Origin: Myxococcota bacterium
GTDB taxonomy: Bacteria; Myxococcota_A; UBA9160; JAFDDA01
Assembly: GCA_965228475.1 (NCBI GenBank)
Contig: OZ245817.1
Location: 1,184,001 to 1,248,000, forward strand
DNA: 64,000 nt
Direction: 5' to 3'
Shown: in pieces, positions 26,096 through 39,127 of the stretch
How positions within the stretch are numbered: the stretch's first letter is position 1
Layout: every line of letters begins with the position of its first letter
Notes under the pieces: model-generated
Databases searched by the model: none
What the model was told of the DNA's origin: nothing
What the model saw: only the letters and a program-made list of their open reading frames with translations
Position numbers and translations under genes: made by a program

Positions 26096-27877
26096 ATGAA
26101 GCCGTTTGTCCTCGCCGTCGTCCTGATCGCCCTGGGTGGTCCCGTTCTCGCCGCGGAGCCCGCGTCGCGAACCGTGCCGCCGATCCCCGGCCCCGATCAG
26201 GCCATGGAACCCATTGCACCGCTCGACGAGCCGTGGCCCGTTGCGCCTGCCGCTCCCGGCAGCGTTTCGCCCGACCGCGTCGTGCCGGTGGTTCCGGCGC
26301 CCGCCTTCGCGCGGGTCACGCCGGAGGCCCAGCCCGTCGCCAAGGCTGCGCCGCAGCCGGCCGCGCCCGTCGCGAAGACCGGCCGTGCCGCGCGCGGCTC
26401 GAACGCGATCCCGCCGATCCCGAGCCCCGATCAGCCGATGACGCCGATCTCGCCGCTCGACGAGCCGTGGGACATGACCGCCGAGGTGGACCCGCGCAAC
26501 ATCCCGCCGATCCCGGCGCTCTCGATTCGCTCCTTCGCGGTCGCGGGGCAGACCCCGGCGACCCAGCCGCCCGCGAAGCCGGCGCCGGGCGGTTCGTCCG
26601 CGTCGGGTTCGTTCGCGTCGGGTTCGGGGACCGCATCGGCTCCCGCCACGGCGGCTGCGCCCGTCACGCCGACTGCGCCCGCGACGTCGATCGCCTCCTT
26701 CGACCCGGAGGGCACCGTCCACACCGTCGCCACGGGCGACACGCTGTGGGACATCTCGAACCTCTACCTCGGCACGCCCTGGATCTGGCCCTCGATCTGG
26801 CAGGACAACGAGGCCGTCGAGAACCCGCACCTGATCTTCCCGGGCGACCGGATCTGGGTCAGCGCCACGGAGATGCGCAAGCTGACGGACGCCGAGGCCG
26901 AGGCCCTGCTCGCCCGCGAGCCGCAGAGCGCGCCGGCGGCCATGGCCGAGGATCTCCTCGCCGTGCCCATGCCGGAGAAGCCGCGCCAGACGCTCTACTA
27001 CGTGCGCAACGCTTCCCTGGGCCTCGTTTCCGAGAAGGAGCTCGAGGGGCTCGGCCAGGTGGTCGGCACGCCCGAAGAGCAGGTCATGATGGCCCAGGGC
27101 GACGAGGTCTTCGTCGACCTCGGCGAGGGCGACGTCACGCCCGGCGACCAGTTCACGCTCTTCCGCACCAGCCAGAAGGTCCACGACCCGTCGACCCACG
27201 ACGTGCTCGGTCTGCACTCGGAGGTCGTCGGCTGGCTCGAGATCACCGAGGTCTATCCGAAGTCCTCGCGCGCCAAGGTGCGCCAGAGCTACATCGACTT
27301 CGTGCCCGGCGTCTACCTGAAGCCGCGCATCGCCGACACGCTCGAGATCCCGGTCCTCGATTCGCCCCTGGGCATCGAGGGGCAGATCGCCGACCTCATG
27401 CTCGACCCGAAGTACCGCGCTGGCGGAGACGTCGTGATCCTGAACCGCGGCAGCGAAGACGGTCTCGTGGCCGGCTCGCCGGTCGAGGTCTACCGCCCCA
27501 TCGCCGACAACTGGAAGGAAAACTGGTACGGCGACCAGCCGGACGTCGAGATCCCGCACGAAGTGGTCGCAGACCTGGTCGTGCTCACCTCCGAGGCGCA
27601 CACGGCGATGGCCTACGTGACGTACTCGACGACGGAGCTCTGGTACGGCGACCGTTTCCGCACGGTCGCGGGTCCGAACGTTCAGCACGCCTCGCGCGGC
27701 CGGCTCTCGGTCGAGGAGCGGGTGGTGCGCTGGGTCGTCGCCCAGGGCCGCAAGGCCGTGGACGGCGTCGCCGACCTCGCGGGCAAGGTCCCGACGCCGG
27801 AGACGCCCGAGGCGGTCTCGCGCTGGAACATGCCCCGCCTGTCGCTGCCGGACCTCGAAGGCTACGACCCGCGCTGA
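26096..27877 (+). CDS. LysM peptidoglycan-binding protein, TsaP-like, with Pro-rich N-terminal repeats
   Basis: Signal peptide, LysM HTVATGDTLWDIS..WPSIW..NPHLIFPG, and location directly upstream of dprA. Confidence 0.75.
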   Translation: MKPFVLAVVLIALGGPVLAAEPASRTVPPIPGPDQAMEPIAPLDEPWPVAPAAPGSVSPDRVVPVVPAPAFARVTPEAQPVAKAAPQPAAPVAKTGRAARGSNAIPPIPSPDQPMTPISPLDEPWDMTAEVDPRNIPPIPALSIRSFAVAGQTPATQPPAKPAPGGSSASGSFASGSGTASAPATAAAPVTPTAPATSIASFDPEGTVHTVATGDTLWDISNLYLGTPWIWPSIWQDNEAVENPHLIFPGDRIWVSATEMRKLTDAEAEALLAREPQSAPAAMAEDLLAVPMPEKPRQTLYYVRNASLGLVSEKELEGLGQVVGTPEEQVMMAQGDEVFVDLGEGDVTPGDQFTLFRTSQKVHDPSTHDVLGLHSEVVGWLEITEVYPKSSRAKVRQSYIDFVPGVYLKPRIADTLEIPVLDSPLGIEGQIADLMLDPKYRAGGDVVILNRGSEDGLVAGSPVEVYRPIADNWKENWYGDQPDVEIPHEVVADLVVLTSEAHTAMAYVTYSTTELWYGDRFRTVAGPNVQHASRGRLSVEERVVRWVVAQGRKAVDGVADLAGKVPTPETPEAVSRWNMPRLSLPDLEGYDPR

Positions 27878-27912
27878 CCCGTCTGGCGGTCCGCACGGAT
27901 TGAGGCACACTG

Positions 27913-27947
27913 GCGGCCTCCCCGGTCCCGGGGAGGCCGCTCTTGTT
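27913..27947 (+). terminator. Probable intrinsic terminator
   Basis: 12-bp stem GCGGCCTCCCCG / CGGGGAGGCCGC followed by TCTTGTT. Confidence 0.6.
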
Positions 27948-29007
27948 CCCGGCCTATCTCGATCCTGAACGTGAAACCGAAAGCGAACGGTGCGCCGTGC
28001 TCGCCTGGCTGCGCGTGCAGCAGGCGTACGCCCTGCGCCCGATGGAAGCGGCGGCACGCCTGGCGAAGGACCCGCGTCCCGAACCCCTGCTCGAGGGCGT
28101 GGAGGAGAAGCGCGACCCGGAGCTCGCACGCGCAGCTCTCGTCCGGGCACCGGGCTGGCTCGTCCCCTGGCCGGCGCGGGCCTATCCCGAGCGGCTCCGC
28201 CGCATCGCGGACGCGGCCCCGGTGCTCGCCGTGCGGGGCGACCCGGAGGTGCTCACGCGGCCGTGCGTCGCGATCGTCGGCGCGCGGGCGGCGACGGCCT
28301 ACGGGCGTGAGATGGCCGCGCGGCTCGCGGCGGGCCTCGCGGAGGCGGGGGTCGTGGTCGTCTCGGGCCTGGCGCGGGGCATCGACGCCGCGGCCCACGA
28401 GGCGGCGCTCGCCGCCGGCGGCAAGAGCATCGCGGTCCAGGCCTGTGGCATCGACCAGGTCTACCCCGCGGCGCACCGCAAGCTCGCCGCGCGCATCGCG
28501 GCGAGCGGTGCCGTTGTTTCGGAGCTCCCGCCCGGCATGCCGCCCCTGCCTGCGCACTTCCCGCTCCGCAACCGCCTGATCAGCGGGATGTCGCGAGCGG
28601 TGGTCGTGGTCGAGGCGCGGATCCGAAGCGGATCGCTCGTGACCTCGCGCCACGCCGCCGACCAGGGCATCGAGGTGCTGGCGGTACCCGGCCCGGCGAC
28701 CGCCCCGACCAGCGAAGGCACGAACGACCTGCTTCGACAGGGCGCCACGCCCGCCATCGATGCGGGCGACGTCCTGTGCGCCGCGGGCCTTTCGGAGCGG
28801 ACCGAGCCCACGCGCCGGGCGCGCCGTCCGGAGCACGAGGGGCCCGTGATCGCGGCGCTCTACGAGGCTCCCTGCGCCCGCGATGCGCTCGCGCGTCGGC
28901 TCGGCTGGGAGCCCGGGCGCCTCGCGGTCGAGCTGGTGGAGCTCGAGCTCTCGGGGCGCATCGTGGAGGAACGGGACGGGACGCTCCGCGTCACCGGGGA
29001 GGCCTGA
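27943..29007 (+). CDS. dprA: DNA processing protein DprA
   Basis: Motifs [30 protein letters not shown] and SGSLVT. Start uncertain (GTG 27997 possible). Confidence 0.93.
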   Translation: MFPAYLDPERETESERCAVLAWLRVQQAYALRPMEAAARLAKDPRPEPLLEGVEEKRDPELARAALVRAPGWLVPWPARAYPERLRRIADAAPVLAVRGDPEVLTRPCVAIVGARAATAYGREMAARLAAGLAEAGVVVVSGLARGIDAAAHEAALAAGGKSIAVQACGIDQVYPAAHRKLAARIAASGAVVSELPPGMPPLPAHFPLRNRLISGMSRAVVVVEARIRSGSLVTSRHAADQGIEVLAVPGPATAPTSEGTNDLLRQGATPAIDAGDVLCAAGLSERTEPTRRARRPEHEGPVIAALYEAPCARDALARRLGWEPGRLAVELVELELSGRIVEERDGTLRVTGEA

Positions 29008-29078
29008 GCCGGGCGTTCCCGGTGGCGCGGGAGGCCGCGGCGGCGAGGCCGGCCGGGGCTGTGGGCTATCGTTCGCCC

Positions 29079-30413
29079 ATGGGGAGTTCCGAAGAGATCA
29101 TCGTCGTCGGCGGCGGGCTCGCCGGCTGTGAGGCCGCGTGGTTCGCCGCGTCCTGCGGCATTCCCGTGACGCTCTTCGAGATGAAGCCCGAGCGCTACTC
29201 GCCCGCCCACGCCTCGCCGAACTTCGCGGAGCTCGTGTGCAGCAACTCGCTGCGGGGGGCCGGGCTCGGCAACGCCGTCGGACTCCTGAAGGAAGAGATG
29301 CGCCGGCTCGGATCCCTCGTGATCACGGCCGCGGACGAGACCGCCGTGCCCGCGGGCGGCGCGCTGGCGGTCGATCGCGAGGCCTTCGCCCGGCGCATGA
29401 CCGACGCCGTGGAGAGCCACCCCGGAATCCGTATCGTGCGCGAGCGCGTGACGAGCCTGCCGACTGCGCCCCAGGTGATCCTCGCCACGGGGCCCCTCAC
29501 CGATCCCGATCTCGCCGAGGAGCTGAAGGCCCGGCTCGGGGAAGCGCACCTCTACTTCTACGACGCGATCGCGCCGATCGTTTACGCCGACTCGATCGAC
29601 CACGACGTGGCCTTTCGCGCCTCACGCTGGCAGGACGGCGACGGCGACTACCTGAACCTGCCCCTCGACCGCGAGCAGTACGACGCCTTCGTGGCGGCGC
29701 TCGTCGAAGCGGACACGGTGCCGCTCCATCCCTTCGAGGCGAAGCTCTACTTCGAGGGCTGTCTGCCCGTCGAGGAGATGGCCCGCCGCGGCGAGCGCAC
29801 CCTGGCTTTCGGCCCGATGAAGCCCGTCGGGCTGACGGACCCGCGCACCGGCCGCTGGCCCCACGCCGTCGTGCAGCTCCGCCAGGAGGACAAGCGCGGC
29901 ATCCTCTACAACCTCGTCGGCTTCCAGACGAAGCTTCGGGTGGGCGAGCAGAAGCGCGTCCTGCGCACGTTGCCCGGACTCGAAAAGGCGGTGTTCGCGC
30001 GCTTCGGCTCGGTCCATCGCAACACCTACCTGAACGCGCCGCGCTGGCTCGGCCCGACCCTCGAACTCGCGGGGCGCCCGGGGCTGCGCGTGGCCGGTCA
30101 GATGGCCGGCGTCGAGGGCTACGTCGAGTCCGCGGCGCTGGGCTTCCTCGCCGGCCTGTTCGCCACCTGCGCCGTCCGCGGCGTGGCACCGCCGGAACCG
30201 GATGCCCGGACCGCCCACGGGGCGCTGCTCCACCACCTGCGCGATGCGGAGCCCGAGAACTTCCAGCCCATGAACGTGAACTTCGGCCTCTTCCCGCCGC
30301 TGGCCGACGTGCCGCCGAAGACCAAGAAGCGCGAGCGCAATCAGCTCATGGCGGAGCGGGGCCTCGCGGCCCTCGAGCCGTTTCAGCGAGCGCTCGAGGA
30401 TCTGCGCGCTTGA
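29079..30413 (+). CDS. trmFO: Folate/FAD-dependent tRNA (uracil-54)-methyltransferase
   Basis: Motifs [37 protein letters not shown] and FQPMNVNFG. Confidence 0.96.
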   Translation: MGSSEEIIVVGGGLAGCEAAWFAASCGIPVTLFEMKPERYSPAHASPNFAELVCSNSLRGAGLGNAVGLLKEEMRRLGSLVITAADETAVPAGGALAVDREAFARRMTDAVESHPGIRIVRERVTSLPTAPQVILATGPLTDPDLAEELKARLGEAHLYFYDAIAPIVYADSIDHDVAFRASRWQDGDGDYLNLPLDREQYDAFVAALVEADTVPLHPFEAKLYFEGCLPVEEMARRGERTLAFGPMKPVGLTDPRTGRWPHAVVQLRQEDKRGILYNLVGFQTKLRVGEQKRVLRTLPGLEKAVFARFGSVHRNTYLNAPRWLGPTLELAGRPGLRVAGQMAGVEGYVESAALGFLAGLFATCAVRGVAPPEPDARTAHGALLHHLRDAEPENFQPMNVNFGLFPPLADVPPKTKKRERNQLMAERGLAALEPFQRALEDLRA

Positions 30414-31387
30414 GCCCGGCCCGGAAGGCGGACGCCACCCGGCTCGAGCGCGAGCTGCGCGACTTCGAAGCCTTCCTTTCGGCCGAACGCGGCGCCTCCG
30501 AGCCGACGCGCCGCGCCTACCTCTCGGACGTGCGCGCCTTCGCCGCTTCGATCGCGACCCCGCTCGCGCGCGCGGACGGCGCCGACGTCTACCGGCACCT
30601 GGGCGAACTCACCCGGCGCTCGGCGCCGTCCACGGTGGCGCGCAAGCTCGCCTCCCTGCGCGCCTTCTACCGCTACCTCGTGCGGGAAGGGCGCTGCAGC
30701 GCGGACCCGACCCTCGGGATTCCGACGCCGCGAGGGCCGCGCCGCCTGCCCCAGCCGATCCCGGTCGACGAGTGCGAGGCGCTCGCCGAGGCCGACCCGC
30801 CGCCGCGCGCCGAGACCCGAGCGCCCGGGGGCCCGGAGGCTTCGCTGCTCCGCGACCGCGCGCTCGTCGAGCTGCTCTACGGAGCCGGGCTCCGGGTCGG
30901 CGAGGTCGAGAAGCTCGACGTGCGCGACGTCGATCTCCACCGCGGCGAGGTCCGCGTCTGGGGCAAGGGGGACAAGGAGCGCATCGTTCCGTTGCCCGGC
31001 GCCGCGCGCGAAGCCCTCGAAGCGTGGCTGCGCTTCCGCGAGAAGCCGGGCATCTCCGCCGAGCCGCTCTTCGTCTCCCTGCGGCCCGCGCGCGACGGCA
31101 CGGTTCGGCGCCTCGGGGCGCGCGACGTGCGCCGCACCCTCGCGCGGCGCGCGCGGCGCGCGGGCGTCGCGGGGCGGATCCATCCCCACCGGCTGCGGCA
31201 CAGCTACGCTACCCATCTGCTCGACATGGGGGCGGACCTCCGCGAGATCCAGGAACTCCTCGGGCACGCGAGCCTCTCCACCACCCAGAAGTACACGGGG
31301 GTCTCGGCCGATCGCCTGCTCGAGGTCTACGATCAGGCGCATCCCCGCGCCCGCCGCGCCAAGCCGCAGAAGAAGAAGGACTCATGA
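30410..31387 (+). CDS. xerC: Tyrosine recombinase XerC
   Basis: Catalytic R (GLRVGE), [17 protein letters not shown] and [12 protein letters not shown]; conserved trmFO-xerC-hslVU synteny. Confidence 0.88.
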   Translation: MSPARKADATRLERELRDFEAFLSAERGASEPTRRAYLSDVRAFAASIATPLARADGADVYRHLGELTRRSAPSTVARKLASLRAFYRYLVREGRCSADPTLGIPTPRGPRRLPQPIPVDECEALAEADPPPRAETRAPGGPEASLLRDRALVELLYGAGLRVGEVEKLDVRDVDLHRGEVRVWGKGDKERIVPLPGAAREALEAWLRFREKPGISAEPLFVSLRPARDGTVRRLGARDVRRTLARRARRAGVAGRIHPHRLRHSYATHLLDMGADLREIQELLGHASLSTTQKYTGVSADRLLEVYDQAHPRARRAKPQKKKDS

Positions 31388-31935
31388 ATCAGAACGAGAG
31401 ATTGCGGGCCACCACCGTCGTCGCGGTCCTGCGCGACGGGCAGGTCGCCATGGGCTCCGACGGGCAGGTCACCCTCGGCGAGACCGTCGTGAAGCACGGC
31501 GCGCAGAAGGTGCGCGTGGCCGAAGGAGGCCGGGCGCTGGTCGGCTTCGCGGGCGGCGCCGCCGACGCGATGGCGTTGATGGACCGGCTCGAAGCGCGCC
31601 TCGAGGCCCACCCGCAGAACCTGCGGCGGGCGGCGGTGGAGCTCGCCAAGGAGTGGCGGACGGACCGCGTCCTGCGCCGGCTCGAAGCGATGATCGTCGT
31701 CGCCGATGCCGAGACCCTGCTGGTCGTGTCGGGGAACGGCGACGTGATCGAGCCCGACGACGGCGTCGCCGCGATCGGCTCCGGAGGCTCCTTCGCGATG
31801 GCGGCCGGCCGTGCGCTGCTGCGCAACTCGGAGCTCCCCGCCCGGAAGATCGTCGAAGAATCGCTCCGCATCGCGGGCGAACTGTGCATCTACACCAACG
31901 AAAAGATCCATCTCGTGGAGCTCCCGAACTCGTGA
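31384..31935 (+). CDS. hslV: ATP-dependent protease peptidase subunit
   Basis: Motifs [26 protein letters not shown] and IGSGG. Confidence 0.97.
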   Translation: MNQNERLRATTVVAVLRDGQVAMGSDGQVTLGETVVKHGAQKVRVAEGGRALVGFAGGAADAMALMDRLEARLEAHPQNLRRAAVELAKEWRTDRVLRRLEAMIVVADAETLLVVSGNGDVIEPDDGVAAIGSGGSFAMAAGRALLRNSELPARKIVEESLRIAGELCIYTNEKIHLVELPNS

Positions 31936-33296
31936 CCCCCCGACACTTCACGCCGCGCGAAATCGTCTCGGAACTCGACCGCTACATCGTGGGGCAGGGC
32001 GAAGCCAAGCGGGCCGTCGCCATCGCCCTGCGCAACCGCTGGCGGCGCACCCAGGTCGCCGACGACCTGCGCGACGAGATCGCGCCCAAGAACATCATCA
32101 TGGTCGGGGCGACCGGCGTCGGGAAGACGGAGATCGCCCGGCGGCTCGCGAAGCTCTCGCAGGCGCCCTTCATCAAGGTCGAGGCGTCGAAGTTCACGGA
32201 GGTCGGCTACGTCGGCCGCGACGTCGAATCCATCGTGCGGGACCTCGCGGATCTCGCCGTGAACCTCGTGACAGAGGAGCAGAAGCGCTCGGTCGAGGCG
32301 AGGGCCGACGAGATCGCCGAGGAGCGGATCCTCGATGCGCTGCTGCCGGCGCCCCAGCCCCCCGCGATGGGGATCGCGCCCGCGCCCGAGGCGGTGGAGC
32401 CGCCGAACCTCGAAACGCGCGAAAAGCTCCGCACCATGCTGCGCGAGGGCAAGCTCGACGAGCGCGAGATCGACGTCGAGGTCGAAGACAGCGGCGCGGG
32501 CCCGAACATGTCGATCTTCACGCCCCAGGGCGTCGAAGAGCTCGGTGTCCAGATGAAGGACATGATGGGGAACCTCTTCCCCAAGAAGACGCGGCAGCGG
32601 CGCATGAAGATTCCGGCCGCGCGCGAGGCCTTCGTGGCGGAGGAGGCCCTGCGGCTCGTCGACATGGACGGCGTGCGTGAGCAGGCCGTCGAGCGCGTCG
32701 AGCAGGCCGGCATCGTCTTCCTCGACGAGATCGACAAGGTCGCCGCCGGCGACGGCGCGCACCAGGGCGGCGCGGACGTCTCGCGCGAAGGCGTCCAGCG
32801 CGACCTCCTGCCGATCGTCGAAGGTTCGACGGTGCAGACGAAGCACGGCCCGGTGCGCACGGACCACATCCTGTTCGTGGCCGCCGGGGCCTTCCACGTC
32901 GCGAAGCCTTCGGACCTGATCCCGGAGCTCCAGGGCCGCTTCCCGATCCGCGTCGAGCTCCAGGCCCTCACCCGAGACGACTTCGTGCGCATCCTCACGG
33001 AGCCGCGCAACTCGCTCGTGCGGCAGTACGTGGCCCTGCTCGAGACCGAGGGCGTGCGGCTCGAGTTCAAGGAGGACGGCGTCTCGGCCATCGCGGAGAT
33101 CGCCGCCGAGGTGAACGAGCGCACCGACGACATCGGGGCGCGGCGCCTCCACACGGTGATGGAGAAGCTCGTCGAAGAGGTGAGCTTCGACGCGCCGGAC
33201 CTCGGCGAGAAGACGCTCGTGATCGACGAGAGCTACGTGCGCGGGCGGCTCGGCGCCCTCGCGAACGACGAGGATCTCTCCCGGTTCATCCTCTAG
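31932..33296 (+). CDS. hslU: ATP-dependent protease ATPase subunit
   Basis: Motifs [27 protein letters not shown] and DLSRFIL. Confidence 0.97.
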   Translation: MTPRHFTPREIVSELDRYIVGQGEAKRAVAIALRNRWRRTQVADDLRDEIAPKNIIMVGATGVGKTEIARRLAKLSQAPFIKVEASKFTEVGYVGRDVESIVRDLADLAVNLVTEEQKRSVEARADEIAEERILDALLPAPQPPAMGIAPAPEAVEPPNLETREKLRTMLREGKLDEREIDVEVEDSGAGPNMSIFTPQGVEELGVQMKDMMGNLFPKKTRQRRMKIPAAREAFVAEEALRLVDMDGVREQAVERVEQAGIVFLDEIDKVAAGDGAHQGGADVSREGVQRDLLPIVEGSTVQTKHGPVRTDHILFVAAGAFHVAKPSDLIPELQGRFPIRVELQALTRDDFVRILTEPRNSLVRQYVALLETEGVRLEFKEDGVSAIAEIAAEVNERTDDIGARRLHTVMEKLVEEVSFDAPDLGEKTLVIDESYVRGRLGALANDEDLSRFIL

Positions 33297-33318
33297 CTTC
33301 CTCGAACGAGGAGTCGCC

Positions 33319-34317
33319 ATGGCCGTGATCGTGCTCGTCGAAGGCTCGGAGTTCTTTCGCAAGGCGCTCGCGAGTCTCTTGAAGAACGAAGGGCATCGCT
33401 GCGTGGCGGCCGCCTCCTTCGCCGAGGCCGGCCCGGCCCTGCGCGACCCGGAGACCGCCGTGCTGGTCTTCGACCTCGAGACGTGCGGGCCGGAAGGCGT
33501 CGAGGCCTTTGCGGAGCTGCGCGCCCGCCGGCCGGAGCTGCGGGGGATCGCCGTGGCCGGGCGCGGGCAGCAGGGGCTGACGCTCGAGGCGCTGCGGGCC
33601 GGGGCCGCGGACTACCTCGCGAAACCGCTTCACGAAGAGGAGCTCCGGCTCTCCCTGGCCCGGGCGCTGGAGGCCCACGGAACGGACCGCGAGCTCGCGG
33701 CGCTACGCGCCGCCGGAGCGCCGGCCGGAGCCGCCTCGGGCATGACCCTCGCGCGGGACCTCTGCGACTGCGTCACGGGGGAGGGCGGGGCGGACGAGGT
33801 GCTCGCCGGCCTCCTGAAGGTGCTCGGGACCGCGCTCACGGCTCACACCGCGACGCTCTATCTGCGCGATCCCGGGAGCGGCGGAATGACGCGAGCCGCC
33901 GGGTGGGAAGCCGGAGAGGGCCGCGACCGCGAGCGCCTGCGGCACGAGGGGCTGACGGCAGCGGCCGTCGAAGCCGGAACGCCGCTAGCCTTCGAGCGGC
34001 CGGGCGAGGACCGGCGCTTCGAACCGGCCGTCGACACGGCGGAGGGTCTCCCCTCCGGTGCGGAAGACGCCGCGCTCTGGCTCGCGCCCCTGCGCTTTCG
34101 CGGCCGGGGGGTCGGCCTCGTCCGGACCTTCTTGCCGCCGGCCGGGCTGCCTCCTGCGGCGACCGCGGAGCTCCTCGCCTCGACCCTGTCGGCGGCGCTG
34201 CGGAGCGTGCTCTTGTACCGTAGCTGGCGCTCCGGGATCGATGAGCTGGCGCGCGTGCGGCGGGAAAGCGCAGGGCGCCGGATCGCCCTGGCGCCGCCAA
34301 GAACCCCCGAGCCCTAG
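33319..34317 (+). CDS. Atypical receiver domain plus GAF-like domain protein
   Basis: REC fold (VLVEG, VFDLE, GAADYLAKP), then a GAF-like region (TATLYL, LAPLRFRGRGVGLV). No output domain. Confidence 0.7.
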   Translation: MAVIVLVEGSEFFRKALASLLKNEGHRCVAAASFAEAGPALRDPETAVLVFDLETCGPEGVEAFAELRARRPELRGIAVAGRGQQGLTLEALRAGAADYLAKPLHEEELRLSLARALEAHGTDRELAALRAAGAPAGAASGMTLARDLCDCVTGEGGADEVLAGLLKVLGTALTAHTATLYLRDPGSGGMTRAAGWEAGEGRDRERLRHEGLTAAAVEAGTPLAFERPGEDRRFEPAVDTAEGLPSGAEDAALWLAPLRFRGRGVGLVRTFLPPAGLPPAATAELLASTLSAALRSVLLYRSWRSGIDELARVRRESAGRRIALAPPRTPEP

Positions 34318-34336
34318 GGCCCGGGCCGGAGTATCC

Positions 34337-35179
34337 GTGAAGCAGTTGATCGACAAAGCGGAAGTGCTCGTCGAAGCACTGCCGTACATGCGCCGCTTCT
34401 TCGAGAAGACGATCGTCATCAAGTACGGCGGCAGCGCGATGACCGACGGCTCCCTGCGCGAGACCTTCGCCGTGGACGTCGTGCTCTTGAAGCACATCGG
34501 GCTGCGTCCGGTGATCGTCCACGGCGGCGGGCCGCAGATCGGCGAGACCCTGAAGCGCTTCGGCAAGGATTCGACCTTCGTCGACGGCCTGCGCGTCACG
34601 GACGACGAGACGATGGAGGTCGTCGAGATGGTTCTCGGCGGCCGCGTGAACCAGGCCATCGTCGACCAGCTCCACCGGGCCGGCGGCCGCGGCCTCGGGC
34701 TGACCGGGACCGACGGCCGGATGCTCCAGGTCCGTCCGAAGCGGCCGGAGCTCGGCCGCGTCGGCGAGGTGGTCCGCGTCGATCCGGATGCGATTCGCGT
34801 CGCGACGGGGCAGGGCTTCATCCCGGTCGTCGCGCCGATCGGCGTCGACGAGAACGGCGTCTCCCACAACGTCAACGCCGACGAGGCGGCCGGCGCCATC
34901 GCCGTCGCGCTCGCGGCCGAGAAGCTGATCCTCCTGACCGACGTCGAGGGCGTGCTCGACGCCAAGGGCGAGCTGATGGGCCAGCTCACCGCGGCCGAGG
35001 TGGCGAAGCACATCGAGGAGGGGACCGTCCGCGGCGGCATGATCCCCAAGGTCGAGTGCTGCCTGCACGCGCTCGAGCACGGCGTCCCGAATGCCCACGT
35101 CGTCGACGGGCGCATCCTGCATTCGCTCCTGCTGGAAGTGTTCACCGACACGGGCATCGGCACGCTCATCACCCACTAG
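34337..35179 (+). CDS. argB: Acetylglutamate kinase
   Basis: Motifs IKYGGSAM, VHGGGPQI, NVNAD and GGMIPKV. Confidence 0.96.
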   Translation: MKQLIDKAEVLVEALPYMRRFFEKTIVIKYGGSAMTDGSLRETFAVDVVLLKHIGLRPVIVHGGGPQIGETLKRFGKDSTFVDGLRVTDDETMEVVEMVLGGRVNQAIVDQLHRAGGRGLGLTGTDGRMLQVRPKRPELGRVGEVVRVDPDAIRVATGQGFIPVVAPIGVDENGVSHNVNADEAAGAIAVALAAEKLILLTDVEGVLDAKGELMGQLTAAEVAKHIEEGTVRGGMIPKVECCLHALEHGVPNAHVVDGRILHSLLLEVFTDTGIGTLITH

Positions 35180-35217
35180 CGGGCGCCCACCGCCTCGCGC
35201 GCTCTCCGAGGGCCGTC

Positions 35218-36147
35218 ATGGACCGACCGAAAGACTTTCTCACCGTTGCCGATTGGCCCGCCGAGGAGCTGCGCGGCCTGCTCGCCCGGGCCCGCGAGCT
35301 GAAGGATCTCAGCAAGCGCGGGGAGTCCCCGCAGACGCTTCGCGGCCGGAGCCTGCTCCTCTACTTCGAGAAGCCCTCCCTGCGAACCCACGTGACCTTC
35401 GAGGCGGGCATGAACCGCCTGGGCGGGAGCGCCATCCTCATGCGGCCGGAGCAGGTCGGCATCGGCAGCCGGGAGGATCCGGCGGACGTGGCCCGGGGCC
35501 TCTCGCGCTGGGTCGATGCGGTGGCTGCCCGGACCTTCGAACACTCCCTGGTCGAGGAGCTGGCCCGGCACGCGAGCATCCCCGTGATCAACGCACTGAC
35601 GGATCGCTACCACCCGTGCCAGGCGATCGCCGACCTCCAGACGATCGAAGAGCACGCGGAGATCGGAAGCGCAGAGCTGGCCTACGTCGGCGATGGCAAC
35701 AACGTCGCGGCCTCGCTGATGCTCGCCATGGCGATCCTCGGCGGCCGCCTGCGGGTGGCCACCCCGGAGAGCCACGCCCCGGACCCGGCGGTGCGCGAGC
35801 GCGCAGCGGCCTTCGCCGAGAAGACAGGCGCGCAGCTCACCTACACGACCGACCCGATCGAGGCCGTGGCCGGTGCCCACTTCGTCTACACCGACACCTG
35901 GACCAGCATGGGTCAGGAAGAGGAGAAGGCGGAGCGCATGCGGATCTTCGCGCCGTATCAGGTGAACACCCCACTTCTCGAGCACGCGCCCGACGCGCTC
36001 TTCCTGCACTGCCTGCCGGCCTATCGCGGCCTCGAGGTCAGCGCGGAGGTGCTCGACGGCCCGAAGAGCATCGTCTGGGACCAGGCCGAGAACCGGCTAC
36101 ACGCCCAGCAGGCGATCCTCGAGCGCCTCCTGCTCGCCGGCGCCTGA
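35218..36147 (+). CDS. argF: Ornithine carbamoyltransferase
   Basis: Motifs FEKPSLRT, HPCQ, DTWTSMG, FLHCLP and QAENRLH. Confidence 0.95.
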   Translation: MDRPKDFLTVADWPAEELRGLLARARELKDLSKRGESPQTLRGRSLLLYFEKPSLRTHVTFEAGMNRLGGSAILMRPEQVGIGSREDPADVARGLSRWVDAVAARTFEHSLVEELARHASIPVINALTDRYHPCQAIADLQTIEEHAEIGSAELAYVGDGNNVAASLMLAMAILGGRLRVATPESHAPDPAVRERAAAFAEKTGAQLTYTTDPIEAVAGAHFVYTDTWTSMGQEEEKAERMRIFAPYQVNTPLLEHAPDALFLHCLPAYRGLEVSAEVLDGPKSIVWDQAENRLHAQQAILERLLLAGA

Positions 36148-36289
36148 GCCGGGGCGCCCGCCCTCGGGCGGGCCGCGCCAGGGGCCCCCAGCCACCGAAA
36201 ACTCAGCTTTCCCGGGCGGATCGCCGATGGAACCTCCGAGGGGCGGACCGTTCCGCCTGCTCCGAGGTATCTGGAGGGGCTCCCGGAAG

Positions 36290-37542
36290 ATGGGTTCCCA
36301 AGAGCCGGAGGATTTCTCCGTCGTGCCCGAGCTCGCCGCGGACTGCGACGTCGCCACCCTTCCGCTTTCACCGGCGGAGGGATTCCTGCTTTCCCGCATC
36401 GACGGCCACACGCCGTGGAGCGTGTTGCGCGAGTGCGGTGTGCTCCCGGCCGAGGACGTGGACCGCGCCCTACGCGCCTGGGGAGAGCAGGGGATCGTCT
36501 CGCTCGGCGGGAAGCCCGAGCCGCCGCCGGCCGTCGGCGCGTCCGTCGCCACGGAGTCCGGCTCCGCCAGCGTTTCCGCGAACGGCGAACTCTCGGTTTC
36601 CGGCGAGGCGCTGATCGACCCCGGCCTCGACCTCGACGTCGAGCAGCAGCGGGCCATCCTCGCCTTCGAGGAGCGGCTCGGAGGGTCCTACGAAGAGATC
36701 CTCGGCGTCAAGAAGGACGCCGATGCGAAGACCCTGAAGCGGGCGTACTTCAAGCTCTCGAAGGACTTCCATCCGGACCGCTACTTCCGCAAGAACCTCG
36801 GGGCCTTCGCCGACCGCCTCGACCGCGTCTTCTGCAAGATCTCCGAAGCCTACGAACTCCTCTCCGACCCCTCGGCGCGCAAGGAGATGGAGAAGACACT
36901 CTCCCAGGGTTCCGGGCCGGCGGCTTCGGCAGGCCCCCGGCTCAAGGGCAAGACCACGCCCCACGCCTTCTCGCTCGTGGCGCGCATCCAGCGCGAGCGG
37001 CGCAAGAAGGCGCAGCAGTACTTCCAGGCCGGCACCGCGGCGATGGAGGCCGAGGACTGGAGCGATGCGGCCCACCAGCTGCGGCTCGCCATCGCCTGCG
37101 ACCCGAAGAACGAGGATTACAAGGCGCCCTTCGGCGAAGCGAACCGCCGGGCGAACGACGAACGCGCGGAGCGCTACCTCAAGGAAGCCAACTCCCGCTA
37201 CGACCTCGGGGAGTACGAGGCCGCCTACAAGCGCTACGTCGACGCGCTGCACTGCCGCCCCTTCGACGCCGAGGCGAACGCGCGCGCGGCCGTGCTGGCC
37301 TGGCGCATCGCGAAGGATCTCAAGGCCGCGAAGGAGTACGCCCAGCGGGCCTGCGAGGTGGAGGAGGACAACGCCTCCCACCGCAAGGTGCTGGGCCAGA
37401 TCTACGCCGCGGCCGAGCTCTACCTGAACGCGCAGAGCGCGTACGAGCAGGCGGTCCGGTTGAACCCGGGCGATGAGGAATCGCGGCTCGAACTCAAGAG
37501 AATGAAGAAGCTGGCGCGGCAGGGACCGCGTGGAGGCGCCTG

Positions 37543-37543
<1 letters not shown>
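36290..37543 (+). CDS. J-domain (DnaJ) protein with N-terminal winged-helix-like segment and C-terminal TPRs
   Basis: SYEEILGV..KRAYFKLSKDFHPD (HPD intact) and TPR-like helices. Its stop codon overlaps the DnaK start. Confidence 0.85.
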
Positions 37544-39114
<1,571 letters not shown>

Positions 39115-39127
39115 GGCGAGCCGCCGA

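Noticed and set aside
30410..31387. Tyrosine recombinase as integrase of a mobile element
   Set aside because: It sits in the conserved trmFO-xerC-hslVU context, with no att repeats or cargo seen.
36232..36268. Imperfect hairpin upstream of the J-domain gene as an RNA thermometer
   Set aside because: It does not cover the putative RBS, and such pairing is common in GC-rich DNA.
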